From the NCBI GenBank assembly GCA_964508365.1, contig CAZDTP010000036.1, positions 1 to 39,820 on the forward strand: a DNA stretch of 39,820 nucleotides. Direction: 5' to 3'. Shown one piece after another: positions 26,850 to 35,979 of this stretch. The position numbers were made by a program, and so were the translations under genes. The notes under the pieces are model-generated. The model was given only the letters and a program-made list of their open reading frames with translations, had not been told where the DNA came from and did not search any database. How positions within the stretch are numbered: position 1 is the stretch's first letter; every line of letters starts with the position of its first letter. The DNA comes from an uncultured archaeon. Its GTDB lineage: Archaea > Asgardarchaeota > Lokiarchaeia > Sigyniarchaeales > SOKP01.

Positions 26850-28307
26850 TTAAATTCCTAATTCTTTTAACTTTGCTTTATTAGTTGCTACTTTATCTGG
26901 AGTAAGATCGTAGAATTTCCAGAAGATTATTAGTAAGAGTAGTGCAAATATCGCAGGAACAATTGCAGAATGAATTCTAATTCCAAAAAGCGCGAGTTCA
27001 ATGTTAGGACTTAATGCCGTCAATTGTGCTAATGTTGATGCTCCCTCAACAAACCCAGTTAGTATATGCGTTATTGAAATTGTAATAGCGATAAATGTTC
27101 CTCCAAAGCGAGCAAAGAAAGCTTGATAACCGTAATAGATAGATTGTTGTCGTTTATTCGTTTTTACAGCAATATCGTCAAGAACATCCGTTAAAAGCGG
27201 TGCATCAATAAACCAATTACCACCCACACCGACACCAAAAAATAGCAAGAATATCATCCACATCACCAGACCCTGTGCAAATATTAATGGTATAAATGTT
27301 ATAAATAATATCGCACCAGCTATTATACCCATTTTCTTATTATCATTAACCCTTTTAGAAAACCATGTCCATAGGGGAACAGATATTAGAGATCCTAATA
27401 ACATAGCACCAAGTAACAAAGAAATAAAGAAAGCTTCTGCATCTAACAAAAATGTTACGATATAAAAAGCTGATGTTTGAATCATTACCGCTGATACTTG
27501 ATATCCAAAAAAGAAAAGTGCTTTAACAACAAAAAGTTTATTCGAGAGCGCAGTCTTAGCAGATTTAAAAAAAGATTCAACTTCTGTGTCTAAACCTTTT
27601 TCTTTCCGTGTTTTATAATAATCTAATACATGTTGACTTTCTTTTATTCCTGGAATTGCCATTAGGAAAAAAATAAAGCCAACTCCTATGGTTACAAGAG
27701 CAGCAGTAATATAGGTAGGTGCTACTCCAGTAGTAATAAACATCGGTGGTATTAATGCTGCTAATACAAGGCCAATTATCCCAAGTATAGTACCAAAGCC
27801 TTGAGCTGAACGACGCTCATTTAATCCTCTGAATTTATCAGGGAATAAAGATAACACATTTATATCCCAAATAGCAATTAGAAAGTCATATAAGCAAAGA
27901 GTTCCAAGATACCATCCGAAGATTAACCATTGGTTAGCTGCTACGATTGCAGGGCTACCATACCATCCAGATGGAACTAGATAGATAAAAAGATACGCTA
28001 CTAACCATGTTGCTGCTCCAATTACCATCCAAGGGAACCTTCGAACACCCCTCTTTTTTTCCCAGGGCATGTGTATGCGTTCCATTATATATCCCACGAT
28101 AGGATCGTTAAAGGCATTCCAGACACTATATAAAATGAAAGCTGTCATTGCTAGAATTGTAGGTAAACCAATTACAACTTCGTAAAAAAAGAAAACTGTA
28201 AAACCGAATGCTGCAGAAATCCACTGCCCAAATAGTTCCCGGGTACCGTAACTAACCCTAACTCCTAATGAATTGTCATAAACTTCTTTTTCAACTGATT
28301 CTGTCAT
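26850..28307 (-). CDS. GPH (MelB-like) glycoside:cation symporter, MFS_2
   Basis: SYG, WNAFNDPIVG, RRFPW, DVLDD, QSIYYG. Start placed at ATG 28307 by alignment to its paralog; the track uses TTG 28343. Confidence 0.9.
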   Translation of the reverse strand: MTESVEKEVYDNSLGVRVSYGTRELFGQWISAAFGFTVFFFYEVVIGLPTILAMTAFILYSVWNAFNDPIVGYIMERIHMPWEKKRGVRRFPWMVIGAATWLVAYLFIYLVPSGWYGSPAIVAANQWLIFGWYLGTLCLYDFLIAIWDINVLSLFPDKFRGLNERRSAQGFGTILGIIGLVLAALIPPMFITTGVAPTYITAALVTIGVGFIFFLMAIPGIKESQHVLDYYKTRKEKGLDTEVESFFKSAKTALSNKLFVVKALFFFGYQVSAVMIQTSAFYIVTFLLDAEAFFISLLLGAMLLGSLISVPLWTWFSKRVNDNKKMGIIAGAILFITFIPLIFAQGLVMWMIFLLFFGVGVGGNWFIDAPLLTDVLDDIAVKTNKRQQSIYYGYQAFFARFGGTFIAITISITHILTGFVEGASTLAQLTALSPNIELALFGIRIHSAIVPAIFALLLLIIFWKFYDLTPDKVATNKAKLKELGI

Positions 28308-28540
28308 AATAAAAAACTCATATTTTTTAATATCCCTATTCAAATATTCCTATTTATTAAAAATAGAAATATAGATACTTTTTTTTTCTAGAAATATGTT
28401 TTATAAGTACATTTTTAAAGTTTTTTAAACATTTTCTAATTTTTATTTTGATTTATTGATCGTAAAGAAATATAGAAGGACTCAAATTAACCCTAAAAAA
28501 TTTATTCAAAATCTAGTAAAAAGGTATATATAGGAATTAG

Positions 28541-29980
28541 TTACAAGCCAAGTTCTTTTAGTTTTTCTTTATTTGCCGCAACCTTTTCCGGTATTAAATC
28601 ATACCATTTCCAAAATATGAAAATCGTTACAAGTACTAAAATTGCGGGAATAATAGCAGCATGAGCTCGAATACCCAATAATGCTAACTCTGGGGTTGGA
28701 CTTTGAGCAAATAATTGTGCATAACTCGTTACACCGGCTGGAAAACCTGTTAATATGTGTATTATTGCGAAAAGAAAAGCTTGAAATGAACCACTTATTC
28801 TAATAAAAAAAGCTTGATATCCATAATAGATTGCAGCTTCTCGTTTTCCTGATCTTATTGCTATATCATCAAGGACATCCCCCATTGTAGGAGGATCCAT
28901 AAACCATTGACCTCCAAGACCTATTCCAAATAAAAAGAGTGCGATCATAAAAAATAGAAAATCACTAACAAAAAACATCGGTAAAAAGGTTAGGAACATT
29001 ACGAATCCAGCTACTAAACTCATTTTTTTATTGTTATTTACCTTTTGAGAGATGAATGTCCAAAGTGGCATAGAAATAAGAGCACCTATAAGCATAAAGG
29101 CCATGAGTATACCTAAAGTGCCAGCATCTCCTTGGATTACATAAGTTATCATGTAAGGTCCAGATGCTGAGAGTAAGGCAACTGCAGCTTGATAACCAAA
29201 AAAGTAGATTACTTTTATCATGAAACATCGATCTGTGATGGCCTTCTTGGTCGTTTTAAAGAAAGGTTCGCGATCTATTTTTTTAGCGACCTCTCTATAT
29301 TTTTGATATCTAGCTCTCATCTTTGGGTTTTCTCTGGTACCCGGTATCATTAAGAAAAATAGAATTAATCCTATCCCAACACCAACCCAAGCCATAATAC
29401 GATAAGTCTCAGGATGATCTGTTGTTATAAACATTGGAGGAATAATAGAACCTACCGCAATTCCTATCATTCCCATTAATGTTCCAATACCTGTTGCTAG
29501 TCTGCGCTCAGTACTACCTTTAAATTTATCAGGATACTGTGCTGTGGCATTTACATTCCATAAAGTAAATAGCGTATCATAAAGAATAAGTGTAATTAAA
29601 AACCAAGTAAAGATTAACCATTGGTCATTTACTGGGTGCCAATTCAATGGAACTAAGAATATTGCAACATATGAAAAAAGCCAGGGAATCGCGCCTAAAA
29701 AAATCCATGGAAAACGTTTACCCCATCTTTTTTCCCAAGGCATATGAATCCTCTCCATTAAATAACCGATTAGAGGATCATTTACAGCGTTCCATATAGA
29801 GTAAATTATTAAAGCAAACGCCGCAATTCCAACATTTAAACCTATTTCTACTTCATAGAAGAAGAAAACATAAAGACTGAAAGCACCAGTTATCCATTGT
29901 GAAAATGTTTGATAAGCACCATAACTTATCATTATTGGAATTGAATTCTCGCGCACTTCTTTTTCTTTTTTTTCAGTCAT
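28541..29980 (-). CDS. GPH (MelB-like) glycoside:cation symporter, MFS_2 (tandem paralog)
   Basis: SYG, WNAVNDPLIG, KRFPW, DVLDD, AAIYYG. Confidence 0.9.
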   Translation of the reverse strand: MTEKKEKEVRENSIPIMISYGAYQTFSQWITGAFSLYVFFFYEVEIGLNVGIAAFALIIYSIWNAVNDPLIGYLMERIHMPWEKRWGKRFPWIFLGAIPWLFSYVAIFLVPLNWHPVNDQWLIFTWFLITLILYDTLFTLWNVNATAQYPDKFKGSTERRLATGIGTLMGMIGIAVGSIIPPMFITTDHPETYRIMAWVGVGIGLILFFLMIPGTRENPKMRARYQKYREVAKKIDREPFFKTTKKAITDRCFMIKVIYFFGYQAAVALLSASGPYMITYVIQGDAGTLGILMAFMLIGALISMPLWTFISQKVNNNKKMSLVAGFVMFLTFLPMFFVSDFLFFMIALFLFGIGLGGQWFMDPPTMGDVLDDIAIRSGKREAAIYYGYQAFFIRISGSFQAFLFAIIHILTGFPAGVTSYAQLFAQSPTPELALLGIRAHAAIIPAILVLVTIFIFWKWYDLIPEKVAANKEKLKELGL

Positions 29981-30076
29981 ATAACTTCACTTAATTCGTT
30001 TTTATTAGAAAAACGAAAATTTTTTGTATTTTTTATTATACATTTAGATAATCTATTATATAATACTAAAAAAAAA

Positions 30077-30760
30077 ATGAAGATTGTAATTTTTGAACCT
30101 CATCCAGACGATTTATTATTTGGACCTGGACCTATTCTTTTAGAATGGATAAATGAAGGAAGCCACGATATTCATATTATTACAGTAACAGATGGAAGGG
30201 CTTGTTACAGGTCTGGAAAAGACAGTTATTCTGAAGATGTTGCTCATATGACTGAAGATCATGTTGCTGAGATGAGAATTAGCGAAGCCAAAAAATCAAT
30301 TGAATTCTTGGGACTTCCTTCGGAAAATCACCATCTTCTTTATTTTCACGATGCTGATGGTCAAAAGTATGTAAAGGAAGGAATCAAGAAAGTAAAACCT
30401 CTACTTAAAGATGTAGACAGAATTGTTTTACCGAGTACTCATAATATTCATGTAGATCATCAAGCTACTCACGATATTGCAATAGGTGCTGCTAAAGAAT
30501 TAAACTTGACAAGTATTGAATATTTCGTTTACTTTATTGCTTCCTATGGTAAATTTCAAGAAGACTCTAAAGTAAAGCAATTTCAATACACTATAGATGA
30601 AGATAAAGCAAATATTTTAAAAGATTGGCTAGAAATATATCAATCTCAGGCAAAAATAAAATGGACGTGGAAAATGTATACAACATATCTAAAGAAAATA
30701 CGGACATGGATATATGGGAGATATACTTTTGACGACATTGGAAAATATGATAATTTCTAA
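30077..30760 (+). CDS. PIG-L/LmbE-family Zn deacetylase
   Basis: FEPHPDD, ITVTDG, MRISEA, FHDADG, HVDH. Confidence 0.88.
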   Translation: MKIVIFEPHPDDLLFGPGPILLEWINEGSHDIHIITVTDGRACYRSGKDSYSEDVAHMTEDHVAEMRISEAKKSIEFLGLPSENHHLLYFHDADGQKYVKEGIKKVKPLLKDVDRIVLPSTHNIHVDHQATHDIAIGAAKELNLTSIEYFVYFIASYGKFQEDSKVKQFQYTIDEDKANILKDWLEIYQSQAKIKWTWKMYTTYLKKIRTWIYGRYTFDDIGKYDNF

Positions 30761-30979
30761 TTTTATTTCGAAAAAATTTAAATATCTTTATATTAGATAT
30801 AAGAATGGAGAACTAATTCGATTATTTATTCAGATCGAAAATTAATCGAAAATTCGCTTATTGGAATCCCTTTATTAACAAAATAGAGGTAGTTCAATAA
30901 GTATATTTGAGGAATATTTGATTAATTCAAATTAGGGAATAATTTTAAAATTAGAGATTTTTAAAGAGGATACAATTAA

Positions 30980-31939
30980 ATGATTGCTCTAATCTTAGCT
31001 TTTTTCATTCTTATAGGAGGAATTGTTCTTGTAATCTTTTCAAGTAAATATGCTGTAAAACACTCTGCAATGCTCGCCACAGCTTTAGGAATATCGCCGC
31101 TAATAATCGGAATAACCTTAGTATCAATAGGCACGGATATTTCTGAAATATTTAATTCGATTATCTCTTGTTCTTTAGGTCACGGAGATATTGATGTAGG
31201 AGATTCTGTAGGCTCAGATCTTACCCAACTCACGTTGATCTTCGGAATCTTGCCAATAGTTTGCGGCGCATTTCATATTCACAGAAGAGACATAATTATT
31301 CTAGGTTCTTGTGAAGTGTTATCTCTTATTGTGATATTTGCATTTGTTGAAAAAGGATACATCACTCGCCTAAATGCAATTTTTTTGGTTTTCAGTCTAT
31401 TAATTTATATTTGGTTGATATACAACTCTAATAAAGAGAGCATACAACATAGAATAGAAATATTAGAAATAAGCCAACCATCTAAGAAAAAAAGATACCA
31501 TTTTTTAATTGCTGTAATTGGTTTTGTTGGGGTGACTATTAGCGCATATGTTATAGTACAGTCTGTGATTTTCATATCACAAGCTTTAAACATTCACGAA
31601 TATATTATTAGTTTCTTCATTCTTGCTATTGGCACATCCCTTCCAGAGCTCGTAGTTGATATTCACGCGCTCCGAACTGGTCACCATTCTATAGCTATTG
31701 GGGATATTGTTGGTTCCTGTATTGTTGATTCTACGCTATCTATTGGCATCGGTCAAGTCTTCTTCCCTCAAGCTATCACAGCAGAATTAGCGGTTCCAAC
31801 AGTGTTATATACGCTTATCGTTAGTATAATTGTTATTACTGTTATAGCAGTAAGACAGAAAATGGACAAAAAAGCAGGAGTTTTCTTTATTTTCCTCTAT
31901 TTAGGTGCGTATTTTTTACTTTTTAATATAATAGTGTGA
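30980..31939 (+). CDS. Na+/Ca2+ (CaCA, YrbG-like) cation antiporter
   Basis: alpha-1 VSIGTDISE...GDSVGSD and alpha-2 AIGTSLPE...GDIVGSC; about 10 TM. Confidence 0.88.
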   Translation: MIALILAFFILIGGIVLVIFSSKYAVKHSAMLATALGISPLIIGITLVSIGTDISEIFNSIISCSLGHGDIDVGDSVGSDLTQLTLIFGILPIVCGAFHIHRRDIIILGSCEVLSLIVIFAFVEKGYITRLNAIFLVFSLLIYIWLIYNSNKESIQHRIEILEISQPSKKKRYHFLIAVIGFVGVTISAYVIVQSVIFISQALNIHEYIISFFILAIGTSLPELVVDIHALRTGHHSIAIGDIVGSCIVDSTLSIGIGQVFFPQAITAELAVPTVLYTLIVSIIVITVIAVRQKMDKKAGVFFIFLYLGAYFLLFNIIV

Positions 31940-31964
31940 TCTATTACATTTTTCAGAATTTTTT

Positions 31965-32312
31965 TTATTCAGGTAAGTAAAACTTGCAGACTGAGCATTG
32001 TTTTACCTTTAATCGTCTTTCAGGTCCGAGAATGATATATTTACCTTTCATAGATCCTCCACATTTCGGACAATTTTTCACAAAATTTTCCTTAATTGAA
32101 TTTAAGACTAACTGGATATTCTTCTCTAATTTGAGTAAGTTGTTCGCGTTCTCTATTAATTTTTTTGCGGAGACAATCCCAATACCTTTAATCCAAGCTA
32201 AATCTTCAGGCTTAGAACTCGCAATCTCTTCAATTGTTTTAACCCCCGCTTTATTTAAGTTAATTGCAGCAATTGGACCAATGCCACTTACTCGTTCAAG
32301 TTCATTAGACAT
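31965..32312 (-). CDS. Small tandem helix-hairpin-helix + Zn-ribbon protein
   Basis: VSGIGP and IKGIG HhH motifs, CPKC...CSVC. Start placed at ATG 32312; the track uses GTG 32321. Confidence 0.8.
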   Translation of the reverse strand: MSNELERVSGIGPIAAINLNKAGVKTIEEIASSKPEDLAWIKGIGIVSAKKLIENANNLLKLEKNIQLVLNSIKENFVKNCPKCGGSMKGKYIILGPERRLKVKQCSVCKFYLPE

Positions 32313-32459
32313 TAGAAACACTTTAGACTATAAGATTCTGCATGAGATTGACAAGTTATACTTGATAAATGGATTAACATGAATTTTAACCTTCATTTAT
32401 CGTGAACTTATGCTATTATAATTATTAATGGTAATTCTACAAGATAAAATTTTATATGT

Positions 32460-32469
32460 AAAAAAAAAA
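32460..32469 (-). terminator. Oligo(T) terminator of the 7TM gene
   Basis: T10 on the minus strand about 19 nt after the stop at 32488. Confidence 0.45.
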
Positions 32470-32487
32470 GAAATAAAATTTGAAAAA

Positions 32488-33213
32488 TTACTTTTCTATT
32501 TGTTTCCCTACACCATTATACATAAGGAAACCACCAAGAATCACTAATATCAACCCAATTATTCCTATTACTAATCTAAATGTTGGATCGCCTAATGTAT
32601 TAGATAAAAAGATAGCGTACATAAATATCATTAGAGCAATGAATCCAAATATGAAATATCTCCATTTTTTCTTTAATACTTCATCCTCGAACTTCTTGTA
32701 AATCTGAAATGAGAAATAAAGTGATGGTATGAGTGCACCAATGGTTTCAACTGATGCAACATATATTAAGAATGGTAAACTCCATACAGGACTCCAACTA
32801 GTTCCTTGATTGATAGTAACACCAAACCCAGGGATAAAAAGGAAGAAAAGCATACCAAACATCGCAATTCCATAAATAGTAAGGATCATTAATTGCTTAC
32901 TCGTTGAAATTACTTTTTCAGATTTTAAAAGTATTAAGTCAAAGACCACAATAAATATAGGAGCATAAAAGAATCCAAAGTTGGTAAAAAAGTTAAGTAT
33001 TAGCACAATAAATTCATCGGTTAAAGGCGCGTATATAAAATTAATAAGAACACCTATAGCAGGAGATATATAAAGTCCTGCGAAAATGACATTTAATCGT
33101 TTTCTATCTCTTAACAAGATTCTGATAGCCAAATAAAAAAAAGCCACCAAAATTATCCCTTGGGCTATATAAACAGTTAAAATTCTAACAGGCGTTAATT
33201 GAAAATAAACCAT
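32488..33213 (-). CDS. Orphan 7TM membrane protein (HisKA_7TM-like)
   Basis: Seven hydrophobic segments; GVTINQGTSWSPVWS, KKFEDEVLKKKWRYF, SNTLGDPTFRL shared with the neighbour. Confidence 0.75.
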   Translation of the reverse strand: MVYFQLTPVRILTVYIAQGIILVAFFYLAIRILLRDRKRLNVIFAGLYISPAIGVLINFIYAPLTDEFIVLILNFFTNFGFFYAPIFIVVFDLILLKSEKVISTSKQLMILTIYGIAMFGMLFFLFIPGFGVTINQGTSWSPVWSLPFLIYVASVETIGALIPSLYFSFQIYKKFEDEVLKKKWRYFIFGFIALMIFMYAIFLSNTLGDPTFRLVIGIIGLILVILGGFLMYNGVGKQIEK

Positions 33214-33387
33214 TGCATAACCACACTTGTTTTATTATATGTTATTCTTAAATCAATAATTTTTTATTTGATTTTTTTTTTAATTGTTATTAATTATTAT
33301 TGTAGTTCTCTTATTTAACTCTAATTTTTAGATTTATTAGTTGAGTTAATAAAAAATATCCATACCGAAATATATTGTGATAATACT

Positions 33388-34095
33388 TCATAAATTCTTC
33401 GCTACACCAAAATACACGAAATAAAGTGAAACTAACATAGGGAGCGAGAGAAGTGACCAGATTAATCTAAATGTTGGATCGTTTAATGTATTAGAGATCG
33501 ATGTGCCATAATATAAGAAAAAATAGGTACTTATACCTATTAAAAAATACTTTAATTTCTTCTTTAACTCCTTATATTCGAATTTAAGATATAATTTTAA
33601 TGATAAATATATCGTTGGAAAGATTGCGAAAATGCTACAAATAGTAAAACTATATAATAAATAAATCCAGCTCCAATTAGGCTTCCAGTTAGTACTTTCG
33701 TTAATTGTCACTCCATTTGGAATCAACCATAAACCGACTAACATAATACCAAAAACAACAACTAGAATTAATTGAAGTTTAGGAGTGAAAACATCCTCTG
33801 ATTTAAGTAAGATTAAGACAAAAACCAACAAGAAGATTAAAGGAAAACATAATAAATAATACGTTGTAACATGCAAAATATAAACTATTTCCTCTATAAA
33901 AATAAAGGCATAGACAAGATTTAAGATTGCGGCGAATGCTACGCATATATAGAAACTGCTAAGAATAAGGTTTAAACCTTTCGTTTCCCTTTTCAAAATT
34001 TTATACGCGATAAATAAATAAAATAGCCCTGCTAAACCCTGTACTAAAAAGATTTGGATAAATCGAGCAATATCCACAGTTTGCACCAGAATCAT
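33388..34095 (-). CDS. Orphan 7TM membrane protein (tandem paralog)
   Basis: Seven hydrophobic segments; GVTINESTNWKPNWS, KFEYKELKKKLKYF, SNTLNDPTFRL; GGAG elements upstream of the ATG. Confidence 0.75.
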   Translation of the reverse strand: MILVQTVDIARFIQIFLVQGLAGLFYLFIAYKILKRETKGLNLILSSFYICVAFAAILNLVYAFIFIEEIVYILHVTTYYLLCFPLIFLLVFVLILLKSEDVFTPKLQLILVVVFGIMLVGLWLIPNGVTINESTNWKPNWSWIYLLYSFTICSIFAIFPTIYLSLKLYLKFEYKELKKKLKYFLIGISTYFFLYYGTSISNTLNDPTFRLIWSLLSLPMLVSLYFVYFGVAKNL

Positions 34096-34345
34096 TAATA
34101 TAATATCTCCAACTCCTTTACATTATAGTGTATAGATCCTTTGTCTATTTAGTGTCATATATTTTATCTATATTTAATAATTTATTTTTTGGAAGGTTGT
34201 ATAACTGTTCGAACGAAAATAAAATTGTTAAACCTATAGTAAATCTCAATTTATAAGGATATGAACTTATAACTTAAAATGGAAAAATGAATGTTAAGAA
34301 CTATCTTATATGATAGGAATAACGATTTGTTGCATTACTTTTAGT

Positions 34346-34939
34346 TTACGGGTATTTTCCTACAAAATCTGTACTCTTCGTTTTCACTCGCTCGAACATT
34401 TCAGGATTTATAAATTCTAGCTTTAATTTCATATAATTGAGAAGTTTCTTGAAGATATCGGCAATATCTTTCTGTGAGTTTTCAATTTTAAAGCAATAGT
34501 GAAATTTTAACTCTTTAGTTTTTTGCATTAAAGCAAAATTATTTATTTTTCTTGCTGTTGGAGGATCTTTCTGCTCAATTAAATAAGGATCGATTCCAAC
34601 TAATACTGTTATCCCATTAAACATGAAATTTTCACAGAATATCTTATAATTATTTAATGTTAGCTTAAAAATCGTTTGATCATTATAGAGATTTACGGCA
34701 ACAATAATTGCATCAAATTTTTTAAGATTTTTAACATCATCGGTAAGATCTTCGAAATGTTTAAACCGAAAAATTTTCATTTTTAGTGGTATCTTCTCGT
34801 AGATAAATTGAAATTCGCTCATCGAATCTTTAGAACTTGTTAGTTTAGTTTTTTCTTTTAAGTGATCTAAGATAATATCGATTCTTGAATCATCATTCCC
34901 TATTAAACCCAAATTTAAAGAAAAATGGAAGTCCTTCAT
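34346..34939 (-). CDS. Degenerate Rab/Ras-like small GTPase-fold protein (probable pseudo-GTPase)
   Basis: Secondary-structure pattern matches Rab: FSLNLGLIG (beta1), KIPLKMKIF (beta3), FDAIIVAVN (beta4), ITVLVGID (beta5), FHYCFKI (beta6), DIADIFKKL (alpha5); G1-G5 motifs absent. Confidence 0.5.
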   Translation of the reverse strand: MKDFHFSLNLGLIGNDDSRIDIILDHLKEKTKLTSSKDSMSEFQFIYEKIPLKMKIFRFKHFEDLTDDVKNLKKFDAIIVAVNLYNDQTIFKLTLNNYKIFCENFMFNGITVLVGIDPYLIEQKDPPTARKINNFALMQKTKELKFHYCFKIENSQKDIADIFKKLLNYMKLKLEFINPEMFERVKTKSTDFVGKYP

Positions 34940-35034
34940 TACTTTCCTATCAAATAAAAATAATTAAAGCTCTTAATTTAATATTATAATAAAATATCGA
35001 ACATATAAATTATTGATCGAACTTTCATTTTAGA

Positions 35035-35961
35035 ATGTTATTTATATACGGTTTATTAGTGTTAATGGTATTTCTCTGGAGCTTCTCATTCGTTCTTGTG
35101 GATATAGCTGTCGAATTTATACCTCCAACATCTCTTGCCTTGACCAGATTCTTATTAGCATCACTATCATTTTTAATCGTTGATCTTTATTTGTTTGTAA
35201 GACGAAAACAAAGAGTTGCGGAAACTTCCAAAACAGCTGAGAAGTATTTTTATTCGAAAATGGAATGGATCTATTTAGTTATTGCAAGCTTTAGCGGTAC
35301 ATCTTTCTTCTTCGCCATCCAATATGCAGCAATCGAGTTGATAGGACCCTCTTTGCCGGCATTATTCGTGTGCCTATTAGCACCCGTATTAATTACTGTC
35401 TTAGCTTTATTTTTTTTTAATGAAAGATTAACTAAGGTGAAAATAATAGGTTATATTATTGCAACAATTGGAGGTTTTTTGTTAGTCACAGGAGGAAATT
35501 TACAAACACTTGCTCCAGAAACACCTAACTTTTTAGGATATTTATTTGCTCTTATAACGCCTTTGTTGTGGGCGATATATACAATTGCTACAAAAAAAAT
35601 ATCCAAAGAGAAGTCTAATTTAATTTCACTCAAATATATAGCTTATTTTGGGACGCTGGAATTGTTTTTTTTCGTTTTATTAAATAATGAATTACTAATT
35701 TTTATCCAAAATCTGGCTAATATTGTTGTTTTAATGTCTGGAATATATTTAGGAATTGGTTGCTACATAATTGGTTACTTTATCTGGCAGAAATCCCAAA
35801 ATGAACTAAAATCTTCAAAGGGGGCTTCGTTTCTCTATATTGAGCCGTTTCTAACTCTCATCTTTTCAATTATCTTAAACCGATCTGAGACAATATTGAT
35901 ATGGAACATCATCGGAGGAATCATTGTTCTTGTAGCTGTTATAGTAATAAATTACAAGTAA
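35035..35961 (+). CDS. EamA/DMT-family transporter
   Basis: LWSFSF, RFLLA, APVLITVLALFFFNER, WAIY, FLYIEP; two 5-TM repeats. Confidence 0.9.
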   Translation: MLFIYGLLVLMVFLWSFSFVLVDIAVEFIPPTSLALTRFLLASLSFLIVDLYLFVRRKQRVAETSKTAEKYFYSKMEWIYLVIASFSGTSFFFAIQYAAIELIGPSLPALFVCLLAPVLITVLALFFFNERLTKVKIIGYIIATIGGFLLVTGGNLQTLAPETPNFLGYLFALITPLLWAIYTIATKKISKEKSNLISLKYIAYFGTLELFFFVLLNNELLIFIQNLANIVVLMSGIYLGIGCYIIGYFIWQKSQNELKSSKGASFLYIEPFLTLIFSIILNRSETILIWNIIGGIIVLVAVIVINYK

Positions 35962-35979
35962 AATAGATTATGAACTGAG

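Noticed and set aside
31984-32382. 132-aa plus-strand ORF
   Set aside because: Antisense to the HhH-Zn-ribbon gene, which has clear motifs; this ORF has none.
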